Source: a virus
IMG/VR virus record: IMGVR_UViG_3300031539_000004
Span: 64,696-128,695 of that record
DNA: 64,000 nt
Reading direction: 5' to 3' (one strand)
Below the pieces are notes generated by a model. The model did no database searches and was not told the origin of the DNA. It saw only the letters and a list, made by a program, of their open reading frames with translations. The position numbers and the translations under genes were made by a program. Positions 54,384 to 63,543 of this stretch are shown here, piece after piece; within the stretch, counting starts at the first letter, position 1; each line of letters begins with the position of its first letter.

Positions 54384-54626
54384 ATGACGAACACCACCGC
54401 AGCCGCAGCCACCTTCACCGAAGCGATCAACGGCCCCGCATGGAACCGGGTCAGCGAATCGACGCTCGAGAACATCCTCGACGCCGACCCGCTCGGTTCG
54501 CTGGAGGGCATCGCCCCCGAGCGCATCGCCGCAGCCCTCGCAGTCGCCGAGGACGGCGAGCTAGAGCATGCCGCCGCCGGGTGGGGCCTCGCCGAGATCG
54601 ACGCCTTCATCGCCGAGTTCGCCTGA
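54384..54626 (+). CDS. Acidic hypothetical protein, leaderless
   Basis: CATGCT-N6-ATG. Confidence 0.7.
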   Translation: MTNTTAAAATFTEAINGPAWNRVSESTLENILDADPLGSLEGIAPERIAAALAVAEDGELEHAAAGWGLAEIDAFIAEFA

Positions 54627-54653
54627 GCATCACCGAGACCGAGGAGCAGCCAC

Positions 54654-54881
54654 ATGGCTGAGCACCACCACATCACCCGCACCGGGATAGTCGGAGAGGT
54701 CACCCTCCCCACCGAAGGCTTCGACGCCTTCGCCGACGCCCCCGGCGAGACCGAGGTGCTGATCCGTGACGCCTACCGCGCCACCGAGCAGCTCCCCCAC
54801 GATCCCCGGCTCACGGAGGCCCGCAAGCATCTAGACGCTGCGCTGGCCCTCGTCGCCGAGGTAGAACACACCAACCCATGA
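54654..54881 (+). CDS. Hypothetical protein
   Basis: RBS GAGGAG. Confidence 0.7.
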   Translation: MAEHHHITRTGIVGEVTLPTEGFDAFADAPGETEVLIRDAYRATEQLPHDPRLTEARKHLDAALALVAEVEHTNP

Positions 54882-54901
54882 TGAACCAAGGAGACGCCGA
54901 C

Positions 54902-55216
54902 ATGGCTTCAGAACTGACCCTGACCGACATCCTCACCGCGATCACCAACGGTGCAGCCGATGAGAACCTCGACGCCGTGATCGCCACGGTGAAGGACCGC
55001 CGACAGGCTTCCGCCCGAGTCACCTTCAACACGCTGAAGGTCGGCGACAAGGTGACCATCAGCGGAGCGCAGAAGTACCTCGAAGGTGCGCCCGCCACGG
55101 TGGTCGAGAAGAAGCGCACCAAGGTGGTCATCGCGCTGGACGAGCCGCGTGGCCGGATGATGGCCGGGACCCGCCTCAACGGGAACCCGTCGATCATCGT
55201 GCCGGTGGCAGCATGA
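54902..55216 (+). CDS. Hypothetical SH3/KOW-like protein
   Basis: Preceded by CCAAGGAGACGCCGAC; LKVGDKVTI...ATVVEKKRTKVVI. Confidence 0.65.
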   Translation: MASELTLTDILTAITNGAADENLDAVIATVKDRRQASARVTFNTLKVGDKVTISGAQKYLEGAPATVVEKKRTKVVIALDEPRGRMMAGTRLNGNPSIIVPVAA

Positions 55217-56673
55217 GCGCCACCCGAAGCTGGCTCGAGGTCGACCGCGAAGGTCTGCGGTTGTCGCACCGAGGGGGTGCGACGGCCGCGGTCCTCGACC
55301 TGATCTCGAACAGCATCGACGCCGAGGCCACGATGGTCTCCATCGGGTTCGAGATGGTCGGCCGAGGGCTGGCCCATCTCACCTGCGAGGACAACGCGCC
55401 GGGCGGGTTCGCTGACCTGACCCACGCCTACACGATGTACGCCCCCTCCTCACGGAAGGCTGACGCGACGAAGCGGGGCCGGTTCAACATCGGCGAGAAG
55501 CTCGTGCTGGCCCACTGCGTCGAAGCGACGATCGACTCGGCCTCGGGCCGGATCGTGTTCGGCGAGGACGGCCGATCCGAGGTCCAGAAGTCGACACGGA
55601 CCGAGGGAACCCTCTTCGACGCCACCGCCCGGTTCCGCAAGGTCGACGTGGAGGAAGCGATCGACGCGCTGCGGCGGGTGATCCCACCGGCCAACGTCGA
55701 GGCGTTCGTGAACGGCGAACCGCTCGCATGGCGTGAGGCGATCACCGAGACCGCGGCTCGACTCCCGACCGAGCTCGAGGACGACGAGGGGTTCCTGCGG
55801 CCGACTCGCCGCAAGGCCACGGTGCGGATCCATCGGGTACCGACCGGCGAGCAGGCGATGCTGTACGAGCTGGGCATCCCGGTGGTGGAGTTCTCGGGCG
55901 GTGAGCCGTACCACGTCGACGTGCTCCAGAAGGTCCCGCTGAACAAGGACCGCGACAACGTGACGCCGGGGTTCCTCCGTGAGGTGCGGACCGTGGTCCT
56001 CGACGCGACGCACCAGATGCTCGACCAGGAGCAGGCGTCGGCGACATGGGCGCGCGACGGGATGCCGAAGGCCAGCGACGCTGCGGTCGAGTCGGTGATG
56101 ACTCACCGGTTCGGCGAGAAGCGGGTGGCGCACGACCCGGGCGACCCCGAGGCCAGCGGCGAGGCAGCCTCCCGCGGGTACACGGTGATCCACGGCGGGT
56201 CGATGAGCCGCGACGAGTGGGACGCAGCGAAGCGGACCGGCGCGGTCCTCCCGGCCCCGCAGGTCACGCCGACGCAACGCCCCGAGTTCGGCTCGAGGGA
56301 CGACGCGGCGACGACGAAGGACATCCCCCCGGCCGACTGGTCCGACGGCCAGAAGCGGATCGCCGCCTACGCCGTGAGGTTCGCCGCGAAGGCGCTCGGG
56401 ATCGAGGTCAGGGTGACCATGACCCGAGACAAGGAGAACGGCCGCATGGCGGCGTGGTATGCCCGAGGGGTGAACGGTTCGGACCTGACTTTCAACGTGG
56501 CGACGCTCGGGCAGGGATGGTTCGATGACCCCGACCCCGAGGCTGTCGACCGGCTGCTGATCCACGAGTTCGCCCACCAATGGGAATCCAACCACTTCAG
56601 CCACGACTTCCACGATGCCTGCTGCCGGGTGGGCGCAGCTCGGGTCGCGGCGAAGGGACTGAGGGGGATCTGA
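55213..56673 (+). CDS. GHKL (Hsp90/MORC-like) ATPase with C-terminal zincin motif
   Basis: DLISNSIDA, EDNAPGG, RGRFNIGEK; LLIHEFAH. Confidence 0.8.
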   Translation: MSATRSWLEVDREGLRLSHRGGATAAVLDLISNSIDAEATMVSIGFEMVGRGLAHLTCEDNAPGGFADLTHAYTMYAPSSRKADATKRGRFNIGEKLVLAHCVEATIDSASGRIVFGEDGRSEVQKSTRTEGTLFDATARFRKVDVEEAIDALRRVIPPANVEAFVNGEPLAWREAITETAARLPTELEDDEGFLRPTRRKATVRIHRVPTGEQAMLYELGIPVVEFSGGEPYHVDVLQKVPLNKDRDNVTPGFLREVRTVVLDATHQMLDQEQASATWARDGMPKASDAAVESVMTHRFGEKRVAHDPGDPEASGEAASRGYTVIHGGSMSRDEWDAAKRTGAVLPAPQVTPTQRPEFGSRDDAATTKDIPPADWSDGQKRIAAYAVRFAAKALGIEVRVTMTRDKENGRMAAWYARGVNGSDLTFNVATLGQGWFDDPDPEAVDRLLIHEFAHQWESNHFSHDFHDACCRVGAARVAAKGLRGI

Positions 56674-57200
56674 TGAGGCTGGTGCTCGTACTCGAGACCG
56701 GGGACGACCGGGGGGCGGGCGCGCCAGCGCTCTCCTTCGGCGAGGTCGCCAAGGAACCCGACGCCCGGCCGCCCGCCGGCTGGCAGCCACCCGACCCCGA
56801 GGGCGACGAACCCCCGACGGGCGATGGCCGGCTCGAGGCGGCATGGGAAGCGCTCGTCGCCGCGCAACGTCGGCTGGTCGACCACCTCGGCGAGTCCAAC
56901 GCCGACGACCACGCCCGGAAGCTGTGGGTCGGCGGGGCGCTCGCCATCTACGCCTTGGCGACCGGCGAGACCGAGGACGCCGTCGCGCTGCGACTCGGCG
57001 ACGAAGTCCAGGTCCCCACGATCCACGGGATGAGGATCCGCGCTCCCCACGAAACGACCCAAGCGCCGAAGCACCCGGGCGCTCAGGAGCACCACGAGGA
57101 CTACGACGAACCGCCCGAGCGGCCCGCCGACCCCGGTCTCGCCGGGTACCAGCAGCAGGCCCCTGATGCAGGTTTGCCTTCAACTGAGGGCGGTTCGTAG
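56673..57200 (+). CDS. Hypothetical protein
   Basis: Coupled TGATG start. Confidence 0.6.
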   Translation: MRLVLVLETGDDRGAGAPALSFGEVAKEPDARPPAGWQPPDPEGDEPPTGDGRLEAAWEALVAAQRRLVDHLGESNADDHARKLWVGGALAIYALATGETEDAVALRLGDEVQVPTIHGMRIRAPHETTQAPKHPGAQEHHEDYDEPPERPADPGLAGYQQQAPDAGLPSTEGGS

Positions 57201-57214
57201 TTATACTCGCTACA
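57196..57214. promoter_or_regulatory. YGTAG-N9-CTACR palindrome containing TATACT
   Basis: cgtag ttatactcg ctaca. Confidence 0.78.
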
Positions 57215-57242
57215 ACGTCCGATCCTCGAGGAGGTGAGCGTC

Positions 57243-57500
57243 ATGGCAGATGAACTACGCGAGGTAGGCCGAAAGGCCGCTCAGAACCTGGCTCTGGCGC
57301 AAGCCGTCACCGCGATCGCGTACGGCCAGGCCGTCGACATCGCGTGCGAGCTCGAGCAGATCGCGTCGATCTACGGACCCGAGTGTGTGGCCGTTGTGAA
57401 GCGTGAGCTGATCACCAGCGGCGACCCCGACTGGCGTCGGGTCGTTTCCGAGACGGTCACCCGCTGGTCCGCGAATCGGGCTGTCCCCGCGTCGGTCTGA
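57243..57500 (+). CDS. Hypothetical protein
   Basis: RBS GAGGAGG. Confidence 0.65.
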   Translation: MADELREVGRKAAQNLALAQAVTAIAYGQAVDIACELEQIASIYGPECVAVVKRELITSGDPDWRRVVSETVTRWSANRAVPASV

Positions 57501-57540
57501 CAGCTCGAACCCCTCGCTGATCCTCCCGCGATCGGCGTCT

Positions 57541-57579
57541 GGTGAGGCCCCCGCGATCCCAGCTCGCGGGGGCCTCGCC
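57541..57579. terminator. Strong hairpin before capsid gene
   Basis: GGTGAGGCCCCCGCGA-N7-TCGCGGGGGCCTCGCC; no U-tract. Confidence 0.55.
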
Positions 57580-57742
57580 GCGCCCTATCCGTGACTCGTC
57601 GGTTTCCGTCGGCATATAGTGGCGACCAGGCCGACGACCTAGTCGTAGGTCAGAGCGGAGCCGGCGTAGCTGGGACCGCGGCGAACAACCGAGAGGCGGT
57701 CCCGATTGGGAATCCCATCGAGCTACCGCAAGGAGGGCAGCC

Positions 57743-59686
57743 GTGGACCGGATCGAAGTTCCCGAGGAACTCTCGGGGCTGACCATCGAGGAGCTCACCG
57801 AGCTCCAGACCAGCATCAAGGACGCCGCGCAGGAACTGGCAGGCGACGCCGCGAAGGAAGATGACGCGCTGAAGGAGGTCGAGCGGCTTGGAGCCGAGTA
57901 CGACCGCATCGGCGAAGAGCTTGCTTCCCGCAAGGCCGCCGAGGCCGAGCGTGCGGCCCGAGCCGAGGAAGCGCTCAACCGCTTCGCCGACCCGGAGCCC
58001 GAGTCGACCGAGACCGAGGTCGAGCCCGAGATCGAGGCGGCCGTCGAGGCCCCCGTGGTCGAAGAGACCGACATCGAAGGCGAGGGGACCGAAGAGGTCG
58101 CCGCTGCCACCGAGACCGAGGTGACCGCCGAGGCGGCCGCCGAAGAGATCACCGAGGAGACCACCGTCGAGGAGGCGACCGAGGAGCTGTCCGATGACAG
58201 CGCCGAGGCCGTCGCCGACCCGCTGGCCGCCGAAGTGGCCGTCGCCGCAGTGGCGTCGGACGAGAGCAAGGCCAGCATCGAGGAGGAGCCGGAGGCGCTC
58301 GCAACCGAGGACGCCGAGGTGACCGCCGAGGCGACCGACGAGCCCCCCCAGGAGGAGGCAACCATGACCACCGAGTCCATCCCCGATGCCGCCGCTGAGA
58401 CGGTGGCAGCCCTCGAGGGCGAAGCCCCCGATGCGGTGAGCCCCGCCGAGACGTCCAGCTTCGCTGGCTTCTCGATCATGCGGGCGACCAACTCGGCCGC
58501 CGGCCTCAACGAGGGCGACGAGCTGAGCGTGAAGTCGCTCGCCGAGTCCATCACCCGGAAGTCCCACGGGATGCAGAACATCCCCACGGGCACCTACGAG
58601 CGCATCGTGGTCGGCACCATGCACGCCGACTACGGCGAGCGTCGCCTCGGTTCGGGCGCGGAGGAGAACTTCGCGATCCTCGAGTCGCTGCGCCATGACG
58701 CCGAAGCGCTCGTCGCTGCCGGTGGCAACTGCGCTCCGCTCGCCCCGAGCTACGACTTCTTCCGGCTCGCCGAGGCGCTGAACCCGGTGGAGCAGTGCCT
58801 CCCCGCGGTCGAGGCTCCTCGCGGTGGCATCCGCTACATCACGCCGCCGGACTTCCGTGACGCCGAGGGTGGCGTCCGGGTGACCACCGAGGCCGAGGAC
58901 GCTGCCGGGTACCCCCCGACGGCCCCGAAGCCCTGTGTGGCCGTGGCGTGCCCCCCGATCGAGGAGTGCCGGGTCGATGCGGTGTCGAAGTGCGTGACCT
59001 TCGGCAACCTCAACTTCCGGGTCTTCCCCGAGCAGGTCGAAGCGTTCCTCGAGGATCTCGACGTGATCTTCACCGAGGAGAAGGAGATCTTCTACCTCGA
59101 CGCCATCGACGCGGCTTCCACCGCGGTGACCTCGGGCCCCCGCTACGGTGCGGTCCGGTCGATCCTGTGGGACCTCGCGGAGGCTGCGGCCGGGTACCGC
59201 CGACGGAACCACATGGCTCCCGACGCCACGCTCAACGTGATGCTCCCGAGCTGGGTCGCCGAGCTGGTGAAGGTCGACATGGTGAACGACTTCAGCCTCG
59301 GGCTGAGCTTCGTGGGGGCCGACACCAACGCCCTCGCCGCGGAGATGCTCGCTCGCCTGAACCTCGCGCCGTGCTTCTACTACGACAGCGCGACGGGTGC
59401 CGGCCAGGCGTTCAACGATCCGCAGCTCGCGGGTCCGCTGAACCCCTTCCCGAGCACCGTGGTCAGCTACCTCTTCGCACCGGGCACCTTCGTCCGGCTC
59501 GACGCAGGGACGCTGGACCTCGGCATCGTCAGGGACTCGGTCCTCAACGGGACCAACGACCTGCAGATGTTCTCGGAGCAGTGGATCCAGGTATGCCAGG
59601 TCGGCCTCGAGTCGGTTCGGCTCGAGAGCACGGTCTGCCCCGACGGCACCGCACCCGCAGCCGTCGCGCCGATCATCTGCCCCTGA
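57743..59686 (+). CDS. Major capsid protein with N-terminal acidic scaffold region
   Basis: RBS AAGGAGG; coiled-coil/acidic N-term, then LVAAGGNCAP...APRGGIRY...LDLGIVRDSVLNGTND. Confidence 0.85.
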   Translation: MDRIEVPEELSGLTIEELTELQTSIKDAAQELAGDAAKEDDALKEVERLGAEYDRIGEELASRKAAEAERAARAEEALNRFADPEPESTETEVEPEIEAAVEAPVVEETDIEGEGTEEVAAATETEVTAEAAAEEITEETTVEEATEELSDDSAEAVADPLAAEVAVAAVASDESKASIEEEPEALATEDAEVTAEATDEPPQEEATMTTESIPDAAAETVAALEGEAPDAVSPAETSSFAGFSIMRATNSAAGLNEGDELSVKSLAESITRKSHGMQNIPTGTYERIVVGTMHADYGERRLGSGAEENFAILESLRHDAEALVAAGGNCAPLAPSYDFFRLAEALNPVEQCLPAVEAPRGGIRYITPPDFRDAEGGVRVTTEAEDAAGYPPTAPKPCVAVACPPIEECRVDAVSKCVTFGNLNFRVFPEQVEAFLEDLDVIFTEEKEIFYLDAIDAASTAVTSGPRYGAVRSILWDLAEAAAGYRRRNHMAPDATLNVMLPSWVAELVKVDMVNDFSLGLSFVGADTNALAAEMLARLNLAPCFYYDSATGAGQAFNDPQLAGPLNPFPSTVVSYLFAPGTFVRLDAGTLDLGIVRDSVLNGTNDLQMFSEQWIQVCQVGLESVRLESTVCPDGTAPAAVAPIICP

Positions 59687-59715
59687 TCGGCCCGGTCACC
59701 TCGTAACGCGAAGAT

Positions 59716-59743
59716 GGGCCGGGGTCCGAAAGGGCCCCGGCTC
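59716..59743 (+). terminator. Hairpin terminator after capsid gene
   Basis: GGGCCGGGGTCC-GAAA-GGGCCCCGGCTC then TCT. Confidence 0.6.
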
Positions 59744-59791
59744 TCTCCGCTACCGTGAGGGTCACCACGCCAAGGTCGAGAGGAGTATCCG

Positions 59792-61093
59792 ATGCCGGTG
59801 GGTCCCGAAGTCATTGTTGAGCCGCCACTCACCGTCCCCCCGCTTCACTCGCTTCTGGCCTCGGCCCCGAAGCTTCAGTTCCTGAATCCGGCGGTGCAGG
59901 TTTCGATCACCGAGGACGGCGACAACGTCGTGCTCGATGATCGCTGGGAGGCGGGTCTCGTCTTCCAGCCCTACGACTGCATCAACCCGCAGTCATGGGC
60001 ACCGTGCGCTCGCACGAATGAGATCCAGTGCTTCCCGGTTGACGCCACGTCGGGGACGTGGACGATCGACTTCGACGGCGGCGGCCCGACGGCCCCGCTG
60101 GCGTTCGACATCTCGGCCGGCGACCTGCAGTTCGCTCTCGGCGAGCTCGGGAGCGTCGGCCACGGCAACGTCATCGTGACCGGCGGCCCCGGCGACGATG
60201 GCGGTACGTCGCCGTACTGCGTCGAGTTCACGGGCGTGTTCGCCGAGACGGACGTCGCTCTTCTCGCCGTCGCCGATGTGGACCTGGCCGGTGGTGGTGC
60301 CACGGTTGGCCCCGTCACGGTCCAACAGGAGGCCGGTGAGCTGGTCCTGAAGTCCGATCCGGTCGGCCAGGACGCTGTCTTCTACGAGCCGCCGGTCCTC
60401 GAGGTGCCCTACCGATGCACGACGTTCTCGCGGCTCGAGTGGGAGGACTACCGGGAGCGGGCGCTCTACAACCTGATGCTCGGGAAGTCGAAGGCGCTCG
60501 AGGCCGAGTTCTGGTCCGGCGCGAAGATCCCGACGAACCCGTCGCTGGTCCGGTCGACGCCGAACGATGACGACCACATCCTGAACCCGGGCGGCGCGGC
60601 CGCTCCGACGGCGGTGTCGCCAGGCATCGCTCTGGTCCTCATCGCTCAGGCGCTGTCCAACTGCGGTGCGGGTGGCCGAGGGATGATCCACGCGACGCCG
60701 GCCCTCGCCGAGCGGTGGTCGAACCTGACGGCGATCAACTGGTACGAGAAGAGCACGTCGTGCTTGGGACTCCCGCAGGAGATGCAGGATCGGATCGCTG
60801 GGAACTGCGTTCTCGCGACGCCAGCTCGGGGCGACATCGTGATCAACGGTGCCGGCTACCCGGGCACCGGTCCTCTCGGTCAGCCGCCACCGGGACCGAA
60901 TCAGGTGTGGACCTATGCCACGTCGATGGTGAACGTGATCGTCGGCGAGGATCGGGTGTACCCCGACTCTCTCAGCGAGGCGCTCGACCGGGCGACCAAT
61001 ACCGTCGAGGCTCGGGCCGAGGTCTCAGCCGCGGCGGTCTACGACCTGTGTTGCAGCTTCGCTGTGCTGGTGGACATCTGCGGGTCGGTGTAA
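59792..61093 (+). CDS. Virion structural protein with inserted beta-sandwich domain
   Basis: Follows MCP; insert EIQ...GTWTIDF...LQFALGEL...GNVIVTG...PYCVEF. Confidence 0.65.
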   Translation: MPVGPEVIVEPPLTVPPLHSLLASAPKLQFLNPAVQVSITEDGDNVVLDDRWEAGLVFQPYDCINPQSWAPCARTNEIQCFPVDATSGTWTIDFDGGGPTAPLAFDISAGDLQFALGELGSVGHGNVIVTGGPGDDGGTSPYCVEFTGVFAETDVALLAVADVDLAGGGATVGPVTVQQEAGELVLKSDPVGQDAVFYEPPVLEVPYRCTTFSRLEWEDYRERALYNLMLGKSKALEAEFWSGAKIPTNPSLVRSTPNDDDHILNPGGAAAPTAVSPGIALVLIAQALSNCGAGGRGMIHATPALAERWSNLTAINWYEKSTSCLGLPQEMQDRIAGNCVLATPARGDIVINGAGYPGTGPLGQPPPGPNQVWTYATSMVNVIVGEDRVYPDSLSEALDRATNTVEARAEVSAAAVYDLCCSFAVLVDICGSV

Positions 61094-61096
61094 CCG

Positions 61097-61405
61097 GTGA
61101 GCGCGCCCGTACCGACCGAGGTAGCGGCGTGGCAGCCCCGACGAGTTCACCTCGACGGGTCTCTCCTCGCGCTGCCGTTCACGTTCTCGCTTCCCCGCAA
61201 CGCCCGCGAGCTCACCGTGAAGTGTCGGGCCGTTGGTGGTCCTGGCGCGACGGTGACGGTCACGGACCCGGGTGGGTCGACCCCGTTGTTCCCGGGTGAC
61301 GAGGAGACGTGGTCGGGTGAGGGCGAACCGCTCGCCGGCCTCTTCGAGGTGACCGTGGCCGCCGCGCTGGATGTGGTGACGGTCCTCTGGACGGAGCGGA
61401 TCTGA
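61097..61405 (+). CDS. Hypothetical virion-region protein
   Basis: GTG start, coupled. Confidence 0.6.
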   Translation: MSAPVPTEVAAWQPRRVHLDGSLLALPFTFSLPRNARELTVKCRAVGGPGATVTVTDPGGSTPLFPGDEETWSGEGEPLAGLFEVTVAAALDVVTVLWTERI

Positions 61406-62124
61406 TGGGTTGCGGCCGCATCGCCATCGATCTTTCCACCGACGCATCCGACTGCATTCTGCTGTCGGGCAACGGCTCGCCAGCTACTCCGCTGACCGCG
61501 ACGCCGATCCTGCGGCCCACGTTCGACCAGCCGCTCCCCACCCCCGCGGTGATGGCGAACGGGATCGAATGCACCCCGACCGGGCTCGTCGCCCCCCCGG
61601 ACCGTCCTATCGGCGGCGGCTTCGGTGTGCAGGGGGTCGGCTCGTGGCCGATCATCTCGGTCGACATGGCTGGCGCTGGCCCTGGCGGCTCGGCTGCGTG
61701 GGGGCCACCGCTCGACGTGAGCATCATCAACGTCGACCCGAACCACAACGTGCTCGGCCTCGGGTTCTTGCTGATCCCCTCGTTCCACTTCATCCTCGAG
61801 CCGGGCGCGACGTGCTCGGTGTGGTGGGAGGCCCGGCGTGAGGCGATCAACGTCCCCGGTCCTGCTGTGACCCCCTACTTCGCCGGACTTGCTTGGCATT
61901 TGGAGAACAACGGGGCTGGCGTCATCCGTTACGACGTTCCTGCCTTCAACGAGCCGCCGACCAACAATGGGGGGGGGTTCCCGGCAGGGAGCGCCGTCTT
62001 CGACTTCATCGCCATCGGCTTCCAGGGGTACATCGAGACGACCGGGTTCACCGGGGCGAGCTCGGTGAGCGCGGGGATCTTCGGGTCCGGCTTCCAGTAC
62101 GTCGACCTCGGACTCCCGGTATGA
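61405..62124 (+). CDS. Hypothetical virion-region protein
   Basis: Coupled TGATG start. Confidence 0.65.
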   Translation: MGCGRIAIDLSTDASDCILLSGNGSPATPLTATPILRPTFDQPLPTPAVMANGIECTPTGLVAPPDRPIGGGFGVQGVGSWPIISVDMAGAGPGGSAAWGPPLDVSIINVDPNHNVLGLGFLLIPSFHFILEPGATCSVWWEARREAINVPGPAVTPYFAGLAWHLENNGAGVIRYDVPAFNEPPTNNGGGFPAGSAVFDFIAIGFQGYIETTGFTGASSVSAGIFGSGFQYVDLGLPV

Positions 62125-62471
62125 GCTGGCCGGCCGGGACGGAGACCCGCACCTACTGGAAGGCTGGCGACGGCAACCCGTTCTCGGGTGGTTGCATCGG
62201 CTACGACTCGGTGTGGCGCAACAGCGACGGGGTGGTGATCGCCTCGAGCGGTGGCCGGCCGCCGGGAGCTGTCACGATCCCCGAGGCCGAGTACGACACC
62301 CTCCTCGCGCAGTGCATCGCCGATGGGAACCAGACCGTCATCGACGGCGACGCTTGGCTCGCCGGGATGGACGCCGAACGAGAGGCCCTCCAGATCGCCG
62401 CTAGGGGCAAGCTGGTCTCGGGTGACCCGCTCACCGCCGAAGAGGCCGCGATCATCACAGGGGGCCTCTGA
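62121..62471 (+). CDS. Hypothetical virion-region protein
   Basis: ATGA overlap. Confidence 0.65.
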   Translation: MSWPAGTETRTYWKAGDGNPFSGGCIGYDSVWRNSDGVVIASSGGRPPGAVTIPEAEYDTLLAQCIADGNQTVIDGDAWLAGMDAEREALQIAARGKLVSGDPLTAEEAAIITGGL

Positions 62472-63535
62472 TGGCCCGATGCGGGGGCTGCAACCGGGTG
62501 GTGATCCCGCCGGGCCTCGACAACGACGCGCTCGTCCACGCCCCGGTCGCCGGTGTCCTGGCCGACGCCACCCGTTCGAACTGGCTCACCGGCCTCCCCA
62601 CGGTCTCCGGGGCGTTCGCGAACAACCAGGGTGACCCAACGTCGACGGTGATCGCCGGCGACTACTCCGCGATCGTCGGTGGCCTCGGGAACCTCATCGA
62701 CACGAACCCGCGGTCGGTGATCCTCGCCGGCCAAAGCAACGTCATCGACGCCGCGTTCGGCAGCAACGCCATCGTCGCCGGCGACCGGAACACCGTCACC
62801 CTCGGCGGCGCGAGCGCGTTCGCCGGGCACTCGGCGACCATCGGCGGCCAGGACCATCAGGTCGAAACGCACAACACCGTCATCGCCGGCGGGTCGTTCC
62901 ACAGCGTCCTGTTCGGGGCCGGGCCGTTCGGGCCGCACAGCGTCTTCATCGGCGGCGGGTTCAGCCACACCCTGTCGGTCAATTCTGAGCGGTCTGCGAT
63001 CATCGGCGGCCAGAGCCACACCATCACCGCGTCGAACGACTCGGCGATGACCGGCGGCGAGTTCAACGACATCGTGAGCTCGCCCTGCGCGGCAATCCTC
63101 GGCGGCGCATCCCATCTGATCTCCTCAGCCCCCGACTCGGCGTGTGTCGCCGGCGATACCAACACCATCTCGACGCCGGCCACCTACGCGTTTCTCGGCG
63201 GCGGCCAACTGAACGCCACCAGCGGCCGCTTGTCGGCGATCATCGGCGGCCGACTGAATACAGTCACCGCGATCTACTCCGCGATCGCTGGCGGCATCGG
63301 CTCCACCGTCGCGGCCGGCGAATCGTTCGCGTGCTGCTCCGGTTCGGTCCCGGCAGGCACCGCTCGAGGGTTCGCCCACGGCACCGGCCCAGCAGACCGA
63401 GTCGGGTTCCGTGGCGTCGCCCCGGTGCCCGCCCCGGTCCTCGCCCCGCTTCCGCCCCCGACGGGCATCCCTGGCCTCGACGCATGGATCGCTAGCGTGG
63501 ACGTCGCGCTGAAGTCCCAGGGTCACGCCGTCTAG
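62471..63535 (+). CDS. Gly-rich repeat fibre/beta-helix-like virion protein
   Basis: Many S-A-I-x-GG-x-x-N/H-T repeats. Confidence 0.7.
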   Translation: MARCGGCNRVVIPPGLDNDALVHAPVAGVLADATRSNWLTGLPTVSGAFANNQGDPTSTVIAGDYSAIVGGLGNLIDTNPRSVILAGQSNVIDAAFGSNAIVAGDRNTVTLGGASAFAGHSATIGGQDHQVETHNTVIAGGSFHSVLFGAGPFGPHSVFIGGGFSHTLSVNSERSAIIGGQSHTITASNDSAMTGGEFNDIVSSPCAAILGGASHLISSAPDSACVAGDTNTISTPATYAFLGGGQLNATSGRLSAIIGGRLNTVTAIYSAIAGGIGSTVAAGESFACCSGSVPAGTARGFAHGTGPADRVGFRGVAPVPAPVLAPLPPPTGIPGLDAWIASVDVALKSQGHAV

Positions 63536-63543
63536 GAGGACGC

